Origin: an uncultured Candidatus Saccharibacteria bacterium
Lineage (GTDB): Bacteria; Patescibacteriota; Dojkabacteria; SC72
Direction of reading: 5' to 3'
DNA length: 64,000 nt
Assembly: GCA_964543485.1 (NCBI GenBank)
Contig: CAZIYI010000002.1
Coordinates: forward strand, 4,192-68,191
Position 1 is the first letter of the stretch. Every line of letters starts with the position of its first letter. Positions 20,929 to 27,914 of this stretch are shown here, piece by piece. The notes beneath the pieces were generated by a model. The model made no database searches, was not told where the DNA came from, and saw nothing but the letters and a program-made list of their open reading frames with translations. Both the position numbers and the translations under genes were made by a program.

Positions 20929-21750
20929 ATGAAAAAAATACTCATATACACAATATTACTGGTACTAATATTTTTCTTTTCAACTAAAACAGTAGACGTG
21001 ATTATTGATAAAGAAACTGATGAAGAACAAGTGACAAAAAATAACCAATGGTTTGAGATATTTGTTAATGATGAAATGGAAATATCCAAACAGAAGACAG
21101 TTACCCCAAAAGAACCCACCACTTCAGAAAATCAATGGTGGAGATATCCTGAAACAATATATACAACGAAGAGAAGTGGAAATGACCTTTTAGTATTAGT
21201 AAACAAAGAGTACAAACTACCAAGTACATATGCACCGAAGGACTTAGTTAAAGCAAGTAATTCTGGTATTAGAAGGGGAGAAAGCTACTACCTTCGAAAT
21301 ATCCTTATCCCTGATTTAACAAATATGGTTAATGATGCCAAAGCACAAGGTATAGATTTAAGTATTGTATCTGGATATAGATCGTATCAAACACAGGTAG
21401 ACACATATAACAGGTGGTTAGCAAAGAATGATAATAATGTGGAGTATGTAGATACATTCTCAGCAAGACCAGGACATAGCCAGCATCAATTGGGTACAGT
21501 AATTGATTTTAGTTGTAGCGAAATAGGGGATGTACTAGGAGATTCATTTGCTAATACAAAAGCAAGTAAATGGTTAACAGAGAATGCATACAAGTATGGA
21601 TTTGTAATATCATTTCCCAAAGGATATGAAAATGTTACGGGATACAAGTTTGAGAGTTGGCATTATAGATATATTGGGGTTAATAACGCAGAAGACATGA
21701 TTGGTACAGGACAAATACTTGAATTGTATTTAAGGGGGTATAACCCATAG
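20929..21750 (+). CDS. M15B family D-Ala-D-Ala carboxypeptidase (VanY/LdcB-like)
   Basis: LVNK, SGYRSY, SARPGHSQHQLG..D, FESWHYRY. Confidence 0.92.
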   Translation: MKKILIYTILLVLIFFFSTKTVDVIIDKETDEEQVTKNNQWFEIFVNDEMEISKQKTVTPKEPTTSENQWWRYPETIYTTKRSGNDLLVLVNKEYKLPSTYAPKDLVKASNSGIRRGESYYLRNILIPDLTNMVNDAKAQGIDLSIVSGYRSYQTQVDTYNRWLAKNDNNVEYVDTFSARPGHSQHQLGTVIDFSCSEIGDVLGDSFANTKASKWLTENAYKYGFVISFPKGYENVTGYKFESWHYRYIGVNNAEDMIGTGQILELYLRGYNP

Positions 21751-21752
21751 TA

Positions 21753-21808
21753 TAGACTTCTAGGGCTAGCTGTAGTATAATACTACTGCATTTAAATTAA
21801 CTAGCCCT
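21753..21808 (+). promoter_or_regulatory. Sigma70-type promoter embedded in nested inverted repeats
   Basis: TAGACT(21753)-N17-TATAAT(21776); GTAGTA-TAA-TACTAC palindrome over the -10; AGGGCTAG/CTAGCCCT outer arms. Confidence 0.65.
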
Positions 21809-21815
21809 TTTAAAT

Positions 21816-22049
21816 ATGAGGAAGTTATATGCAGTAATTTTAACTGTAACTACATCTTTCCTTGCAAATGTTTCAGCCATCTATGCAGATGGAGGTACAT
21901 ATGGTCCTTATAACCCATATGATCATAAGCCAATACCAACTGGTTTTGAAGATACATCCATTTTCTATATTGCAGCTGTAATTACATTTACAACTGGAAT
22001 GATTATATTGTCTACAGTTAAAAACCTAAAGGCAAAGCAATCTATCTAA
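21816..22049 (+). CDS. Very small secreted protein with sortase-like C-terminal sorting signal
   Basis: Signal peptide ending AIYA; KPIPTG motif, then hydrophobic helix, then basic tail. Confidence 0.75.
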   Translation: MRKLYAVILTVTTSFLANVSAIYADGGTYGPYNPYDHKPIPTGFEDTSIFYIAAVITFTTGMIILSTVKNLKAKQSI

Positions 22050-22124
22050 TTAGGTAGATTGCCCCTTTGGGGCACACTGTCTAAATGCACGTTTATTTCA
22101 ATCAATATTTAAATACATAAATCA

Positions 22125-22877
22125 ATGAAAATATCTTTGGTTATACCAACATACAAAAAACTTAAAGAAGTGTTAGACCAATTAGAGAGGTTGTATGGAT
22201 ACCTTTCAAGAGTCAACCCTGATTTTGAACTCATCTTCGTAGTAGATGGGTATGTTGATAATACTAAAGATATTCTTACCCAATATATTAAGGAGAACGG
22301 TTTAAAGAAAGCCCAAGTACTTGGGTATAGAAAAAACATGGGTAAGGGTTATGCTATTAGATACGGTATGAAGAGAGCTTCTGGAGATGTAATTGGTTTT
22401 ACCGATGCTGATACAGATATTCAGATCAGGACTTTGGGATATTCTTTAAAGGAGATTAAAAAGGATTCCGTTGTAGCAGTAATACCATCTAAATTACATA
22501 AGGATTCTAATGTAGAGATGACCTTAAAAAGAAAGATCTACTCTTACGGTTTAATATCTATTAACAAAATATTTTTAAGATTACCTAAAAATACTACAGA
22601 CGTAGGTTGTGGTCTTAAACTATTTAAAAAAGAGTTAGTAAAAAGAATATTACCAAATCTTAAGGTAAATAGGTTTGCAATAGACTCAGAGATATTAAAT
22701 GAGATAGGGAAAGTAGGGTATAGTGTATCTGTAATACCATTCTTTTTAAATAAAAACAGATCTGATTCTACATCTGCAAATATTAAAGAGGTTATTACTA
22801 TGTTAAAAGATATATTTGAAATATCTATGAAAGAGAGTAGGGTATATAACTCTAAATTACTCAAAGCGTATAGATAA
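22125..22877 (+). CDS. GT2 glycosyltransferase (polyprenol-phosphate glycosyltransferase-like)
   Basis: ISLVIPTY, FVVDG, NMGKGYAIRYG, FTDAD, DVGCGLKLF. Confidence 0.9.
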   Translation: MKISLVIPTYKKLKEVLDQLERLYGYLSRVNPDFELIFVVDGYVDNTKDILTQYIKENGLKKAQVLGYRKNMGKGYAIRYGMKRASGDVIGFTDADTDIQIRTLGYSLKEIKKDSVVAVIPSKLHKDSNVEMTLKRKIYSYGLISINKIFLRLPKNTTDVGCGLKLFKKELVKRILPNLKVNRFAIDSEILNEIGKVGYSVSVIPFFLNKNRSDSTSANIKEVITMLKDIFEISMKESRVYNSKLLKAYR

Positions 22878-22919
22878 CAAGAAGAGGAACATATACGCCC
22901 CCCTTACATTACATTAGTA

Positions 22920-23645
22920 CTATTTAAATAGTGTACCCTCTCTTTGTCTAATCTCGTGGGGATGAAGATCCATACTCTCTTTTACAGATTGAATCTGTTT
23001 TCTTATATCATCAAGCGTATTTATATCCCTTGTGTCTAACTCCTTCCCAAACCTTTCAAGAAAATCAAGGCCTATGAATATTTTCTTTTGTACTCCTTGA
23101 CTAAGTTTATCAAAAGAATAATTCTGGTTAGTATTAATTATATTAAAAACCGACTTACTATCCTTAAGATCACGTAAATCAATCACTCCTCTTTTTGAAA
23201 AAGCAAGTCCATGAAATGCGAAATCTCTTGCTTCTAACAAATATTGACCAATATTATCATAACCAACTTTTTCTCGTGCCAAAGGAAGTCTTTCATATCT
23301 CACTGCAAAGGATTTTTCGGTTCGTCTGAATTTAGTACGATTACTCTCAAAAATGCTTATACCAGCAACATATACTATCTCACCAGTTTCCTCATCAACT
23401 ATTTCTTGTAAAGCATTTGGGAACTCTTTCTTTAACATTTCCATAACTTCACTATTGTATTTCTCTTCTTCATTAGTGAACCCGTTCTTTAATGCCCCCT
23501 CAAGTTTTAACGCACTCTCTCTACCACTATATCCTTCAACATAAGCAAGGTCACTAGCTATGTTCGGATCACTTATTCTACCTTCGTCGTAAAAGGGTTG
23601 TTGTGTTAGACTTTCTCCAGTATTATTTGCTTGGTCATTCATCAT
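22920..23645 (-). CDS. Orphan protein, paralog family member 1
   Basis: Shares EKYNxEVxExLKxxFPNAL..E..D.ETGE and C-terminal motifs with 23741..24523 and 25056..25727. Confidence 0.8.
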   Translation of the reverse strand: MMNDQANNTGESLTQQPFYDEGRISDPNIASDLAYVEGYSGRESALKLEGALKNGFTNEEEKYNSEVMEMLKKEFPNALQEIVDEETGEIVYVAGISIFESNRTKFRRTEKSFAVRYERLPLAREKVGYDNIGQYLLEARDFAFHGLAFSKRGVIDLRDLKDSKSVFNIINTNQNYSFDKLSQGVQKKIFIGLDFLERFGKELDTRDINTLDDIRKQIQSVKESMDLHPHEIRQREGTLFK

Positions 23646-23740
23646 ATCAATCAAAAAAATTATATTAGTATAAGATATAATAATAAGGAGTATATTTCAA
23701 ATATCTACGAAAGACCGTAGGTTATACAACTCTACATTAC

Positions 23741-24523
23741 TCAAAACGATAGATAGCTTTTAGGAGGAGGGAAACCTTCTTCCTCTTTTGTTATTTGTTC
23801 ACCCTTAACAGCTTTGATTCTTTCTTCAATAGAATCTATACTGTTTAAGTCTATTTCAGGTTCAGATGGCTCATTTTTTACATCAGCAGCATAAGCATCT
23901 ATTACAGAGAGTATCTTAAAAAGAATAACCTGATTCTCTTCTGATATATCTTTAAGGGAAACAGATTTTAATAGCGGGTTAAAAGCTCGATAGTCTCGAA
24001 CACTTTGGATACCATGTTTTGAGAAAAATGTTTGACTGCTAAGATCACTAAGCGCTATTATTTCCCAATGTCCTCTCTCAAAAGAATCGCGTTTCTTAAC
24101 ATCTCCATATAAGCTTTCTAATTTCTTCCACATGGCGAGTCTCTCGGGTTTAATAAAACCTTTATAATAATCGTTGTTTATAATATGAACCATGTCAACT
24201 TCTGGTAATACCCGAAGTCCAGAATAATAATACTTCTCTCCTGTTTCTGGATCTTGTCCTTCTTTGAGAGCATTGGGGAAATGTTCCTTGAGCAATTCAA
24301 CAACCTCATTGTTGTATCTCTCATCTTCTGTTAAACCTGTTTCAAACTCTTGTTTTTTAACTTCCTCATATTTTAATGCACTATCTTTTCCACTCTTTTC
24401 AATATCCGCAAGTTCATGAGCTACTCCTGGATCTTGAACTTGTCCATATTCATTGTAAAAATTCGGTTGTTGCAAACTAACTGGAGGATTACCTTCTGTT
24501 GTGTTTATCTCCTGACTATCCAT
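23741..24523 (-). CDS. Orphan protein, paralog family member 2
   Basis: ERYNNEVVELLKEHFPNALKEGQDPETGE block. Confidence 0.8.
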   Translation of the reverse strand: MDSQEINTTEGNPPVSLQQPNFYNEYGQVQDPGVAHELADIEKSGKDSALKYEEVKKQEFETGLTEDERYNNEVVELLKEHFPNALKEGQDPETGEKYYYSGLRVLPEVDMVHIINNDYYKGFIKPERLAMWKKLESLYGDVKKRDSFERGHWEIIALSDLSSQTFFSKHGIQSVRDYRAFNPLLKSVSLKDISEENQVILFKILSVIDAYAADVKNEPSEPEIDLNSIDSIEERIKAVKGEQITKEEEGFPPPKSYLSF

Positions 24524-24553
24524 ACATATTTATTCTAATAAATTTATTATTAA

Positions 24554-24625
24554 ACGATATAATAGAAGTTTATATTTGTCAAAAAAACAAATTCAATTGA
24601 CATCTCATAGTTAATATTTTACTAT
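24554..24625. promoter_or_regulatory. Back-to-back sigma70 promoters
   Basis: Plus strand TTGACA(24597)-N17-TACTAT(24620); minus strand TTGACA(24582-24577)-N17-TATCGT. Confidence 0.65.
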
Positions 24626-24654
24626 CTAAGTACTAAGTTAAATAATATGAATAT

Positions 24655-25059
24655 ATGGAAGGTGAGAATCCAGGTTTAGAACAAGCAAAAGAAGCTGTAA
24701 AAGATGCTTATGAAAAGAAATTTGAAACAGATGGACCAAATGTAGGGAGAGTAAAGGATATTCATGATGCGAAAACATTAGCAAAGGCAGAAGATGTTAT
24801 TAGATCTGTAGATTTACAAAACCCAAGAATTCAACAAAGGGCTGAAAATATTACAAATGAAGCAGTAGTTGGACATATGAGAGAAGATGCCTTAGACCTT
24901 ATTAGACAAAATTCCAAAGATAAATATCCTGATGCTAAGAAAACACACTATGAAATGGGACTCAATCCTTTGTTACACAAGATGTCTGAAAAAGAGTTAT
25001 CAAATATAGTTGATAGACAAAGAATTGAAGAGAAAAGAAGAGAGAGAAGGAGTAATTAA
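24655..25059 (+). CDS. Orphan charged protein sharing a GRVxDxxxAxxLAxxE motif with its neighbours
   Basis: 134-aa ORF behind a consensus promoter. Confidence 0.7.
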   Translation: MEGENPGLEQAKEAVKDAYEKKFETDGPNVGRVKDIHDAKTLAKAEDVIRSVDLQNPRIQQRAENITNEAVVGHMREDALDLIRQNSKDKYPDAKKTHYEMGLNPLLHKMSEKELSNIVDRQRIEEKRRERRSN

Positions 25060-25727
25060 ATAATTCCTTTTAGTTTTCGGACTCTATCTCTAATTGATTC
25101 AGCATCACTTAATGATTCGTTATCTCCTCCAACAATATATTTTGTTTCTTCAAGATATGCTATTTCATTTAGAAATACTAATATCTTTAATAGTCTTGCT
25201 TTTCTATCTCCCTCTATATCTTTAAACGAGAAAGCTTTTTCAACATTATTAGGATTATAACTGTGTGAATCTCTCATTTTATAGCTAATCTCAATACCTT
25301 TTTTAGAAAAATACATTCCACTCTCAGTTCCATATATTAATGATTTTAGAATTGGATCATGTATATTCTCTCTGGAAATTTCACCCCATTTTTCAAATGC
25401 TTCAATCTCCTTTTCTGAGAGTCCATCAAATGGGAACATCCCTCGTGTGTAATTTAATAAATTACCGTTTTTTAATACAGTTAAACTTAATCCTGTTTTG
25501 TAATATATATCTCCATTCTCTGTATCATATGCTTCTTCAAATGCATATGGTAATTCTTGTTTTAATACATTTATTACTTCAATATCGTATCTCTCTTGTT
25601 CAGTATTCTCTATTTCGGATTCTTCTTCACTCTTTTTAATTAACTCCCATGTTCTAGATTCTGTTGCCCCGTCAGTTACGCGCTTCATTTCAAGAGATTG
25701 ACCTGTTTTTCTATCTTTCGGTTCCAT
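25056..25727 (-). CDS. Orphan protein, paralog family member 3
   Basis: ERYDIEVINVLKQELPYAFEEAYDTENGD block; FSKKGI; LSDAESIRDRVRKLKG. Confidence 0.8.
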   Translation of the reverse strand: MEPKDRKTGQSLEMKRVTDGATESRTWELIKKSEEESEIENTEQERYDIEVINVLKQELPYAFEEAYDTENGDIYYKTGLSLTVLKNGNLLNYTRGMFPFDGLSEKEIEAFEKWGEISRENIHDPILKSLIYGTESGMYFSKKGIEISYKMRDSHSYNPNNVEKAFSFKDIEGDRKARLLKILVFLNEIAYLEETKYIVGGDNESLSDAESIRDRVRKLKGII

Positions 25728-25836
25728 AGTAATTTAAAAATATTTTATATTCTCCGATTATATCAAAATAGTATGAGATATCAATATTTGTTAACTTAAT
25801 ATATCAAAGTATGTATGACCCTAAGAGTAGGGGATA

Positions 25837-25865
25837 TTGATTCAAATATCGGCTTATAGTATAAT
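25837..25865 (+). promoter_or_regulatory. Sigma70 promoter P1
   Basis: TTGATT(25837)-N17-TATAAT(25860). Confidence 0.75.
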
Positions 25866-25928
25866 ATATGTATCTTAATAATTAATTGTTCATTAAGAAA
25901 TAAAACTGAACCCACGTCAATAGACATA

Positions 25929-25957
25929 TTGATATTTATTCCAACCTATAGTATAAT
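25929..25957 (+). promoter_or_regulatory. Sigma70 promoter P2
   Basis: TTGATA(25929)-N17-TATAAT(25952); shares TATAGTATAATATA with P1. Confidence 0.75.
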
Positions 25958-25984
25958 ATAAGTAGTTAATTGTTAATTAAAGTC

Positions 25985-25996
25985 TGCTCTTTAATA
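25985..25996 (+). promoter_or_regulatory. boxA-like antitermination element
   Basis: TGCTCTTTAATA, 11/12 match to E. coli rrn boxA TGCTCTTTAACA, just downstream of P2. Confidence 0.55.
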
Positions 25997-26141
25997 AATA
26001 ATAAATTTTCATTTCAATACACATAAGTGTTCATAGAGAGATATTCTCTTTATATCTTTTATGAGTTCTTATGAACTCTAAGTTCTTTAAAAAGTTTTAA
26101 GTATATTATATAGACTTATGTCTTATATATTTAAAACAAAA

Positions 26142-26153
26142 TAGCGTGTGATG
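26142..26153 (+). repeat. 5' arm of 12-bp long-range inverted repeat
   Basis: TAGCGTGTGATG is the exact reverse complement of CATCACACGCTA at 26946-26957. Confidence 0.85.
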
Positions 26154-26288
26154 AAAATACTAGAGTATTTTTCTTCCTTTAGCATCCAAATGGTATGCAT
26201 TATGTTTCTAATATATTATTGGAGATAGAATGCATACCAAGTGGTATAGCTGAAAAAAATAAAAGTTTTTTTCCATAAGGAGGAAAAA

Positions 26289-26840
26289 ATGTTACGAAGA
26301 ATTTTGGTAATCGTTGTGTTGGTCCTATTGGTCGCAGTGCTCGCACCTCTTGCTTGGAAATACTGGCAGTGGGGTTTCGGAGAGAGCCATGACGTTGCAA
26401 AGTGCCCTGAATGTCCGGCCTGCATTAGCAATGCAACTTCTGAAGATGAAAATCTCCAGCAAGAGTATGCTATTTGTAAGGCAGAACTTCAATCACGTGG
26501 TGCACCTGCAAACATGGTATCTGCATTTTGCGTACCCAATGGGAAGGGAAGTGTATCGAACAGATTGACCTCAGGAACGAAAGTCTCCCTTGGCACAATA
26601 ACTTTTGATGCACAATCCCACGTATGGGTGTTAAAGGACTTCGTTGTCCCCGAATTCGCGAACTACACGTTCGAATATCAAGGTGCCGAATCAAGGCTTA
26701 TTCTTGCTCCTTTCTGGACAGGGTCTGAACTTGGTTGGCAAGGCGATGAACGGGTTCCGTTTGTAGTTTGTTGGGATTTCGAAGGTGCTTGCGCACTTCC
26801 TCAAGGGATAACCGAACAGGACCTTTTTCCTACACCATAA
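26289..26840 (+). CDS. Orphan membrane-anchored/secreted Cys-containing protein, 183 aa
   Basis: Perfect SD TAAGGAGG at 26276-26283; N-terminal hydrophobic helix; CPECPAC motif; visibly higher GC than its flanks. Confidence 0.85.
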   Translation: MLRRILVIVVLVLLVAVLAPLAWKYWQWGFGESHDVAKCPECPACISNATSEDENLQQEYAICKAELQSRGAPANMVSAFCVPNGKGSVSNRLTSGTKVSLGTITFDAQSHVWVLKDFVVPEFANYTFEYQGAESRLILAPFWTGSELGWQGDERVPFVVCWDFEGACALPQGITEQDLFPTP

Positions 26841-26945
26841 ACCCAATTTATTGGGATACCTATCTTCGACTCTAGCTTGGTTTTGGTACCTGGGATTATC
26901 TTTTACTGTCTTTTGACATTAAAAACCCCATTTACCCCACAACCA

Positions 26946-26957
26946 CATCACACGCTA
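26946..26957 (+). repeat. 3' arm of 12-bp long-range inverted repeat
   Basis: CATCACACGCTA, directly 5' of the hammerhead. Confidence 0.85.
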
Positions 26958-26959
26958 GA

Positions 26960-27043
26960 GTCTTCTAGGATTAAATATTTATTATAAATGTATATCCTAC
27001 TGATGAGTCTAAAGATATTGAAAAATATTAAAGACGAAAAGAC
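26960..27043 (+). ncRNA. Type III hammerhead ribozyme
   Basis: Stem III GUCU(26960-63)/AGAC(27040-43); cleavage triplet UUC ending 26965; stem I UAGGAU/AUCCUA; core CUGAUGA 27000-27006; stem II GUCU/AGAC; GAAA 27036-39. Confidence 0.9.
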
Positions 27044-27058
27044 AAAAAATATTACATT

Positions 27059-27088
27059 GAGGACATCTTAGGATGTCCTCTTTTTTTT
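27059..27088 (+). terminator. Intrinsic terminator
   Basis: GAGGACATC-TTAG-GATGTCCTC followed by 8 T. Confidence 0.9.
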
Positions 27089-27914
27089 ACTTAAACAGTT
27101 TCCTAAACAACTCAAAAGACTTCATAAGAAGAGTAGAAGGAAAAATACTAAGAATCCTTACACCTACCTTTTGAATATTCCATATAACATACTCTCTAAA
27201 TGTTGGTTTAATATTTAATTCTCTCATAGCCCATTTACGTATATCATTCGTCTTTTTAAAATGATCTAACATCTTAGATTGAGACTCTGTTTTATATGTC
27301 ATCCTATACTTAAGTACAGTATCCTCAAGATTATGATACTCCCCCTTAGTACTTAGAATTAAGAAAAATTTAACATCCTCAACCTTCCACATATTCTCAG
27401 GATACAAACCAATATCTTCTACAGTACTTTTTCTTAAAGTTACTGCTGGATGTGCAAAAGGTTGAAAAAGAAATCTGTTCTTTTTAATATCTCTATCATC
27501 AATAGCGTAATCTCTGTGATTAGTAATATTACTATTTTCATCAATGATATCTATCTGACCACCAATAGCTACACACTTAGAATTAGATTCGAGATACTCT
27601 ACCTGTTTTTCTATACGTGTAGGATACATTATGTCATCTGCATCCATTCTAGCTATATATTTCCCTTTTGATTTTCTTATACCAACATTTATTACATTAC
27701 CTAAACCATCCTGTTTCTCAATAGGTATTACCGTAATTTTATCTCCATACCCCTTTAATATCTCTAATGTTTTGTCCTCTGATTTGTCATCCACCACTAG
27801 TATCTCAATATTTTTGTATGTTTGATTTAAACAGCTATCTATACTCTCTTGAATATATTTCTCTCCATTATGTACAGGTATTACAATTGATACCAAGGGA
27901 TTACTTTTTTCCAT
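27087..27914 (-). CDS. GT2 glycosyltransferase
   Basis: VSIVIPVHN, VVDDKSED, IARMDADD, HPAV, VED. Confidence 0.93.
   Translation of the reverse strand: MEKSNPLVSIVIPVHNGEKYIQESIDSCLNQTYKNIEILVVDDKSEDKTLEILKGYGDKITVIPIEKQDGLGNVINVGIRKSKGKYIARMDADDIMYPTRIEKQVEYLESNSKCVAIGGQIDIIDENSNITNHRDYAIDDRDIKKNRFLFQPFAHPAVTLRKSTVEDIGLYPENMWKVEDVKFFLILSTKGEYHNLEDTVLKYRMTYKTESQSKMLDHFKKTNDIRKWAMRELNIKPTFREYVIWNIQKVGVRILSIFPSTLLMKSFELFRKLFK

Noticed and set aside
25801-25834. Split resemblance to the recombinase-adjacent IR (ATATCAAAGTA...AGTAGGGGA)
   Set aside because: The halves are separated by 14 bp and could be chance in AT-rich DNA; not enough to claim a third site.
26148-26175. Second hammerhead in the leader (GUGAUGA followed by a hairpin)
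   Set aside because: C3 is missing and no GAAA follows the stem, so the core is incomplete.
26200-26694. Several overlapping short ORFs around the cargo gene
   Set aside because: Expected in a GC-richer patch; only 26289..26840 has an SD and a coherent protein.
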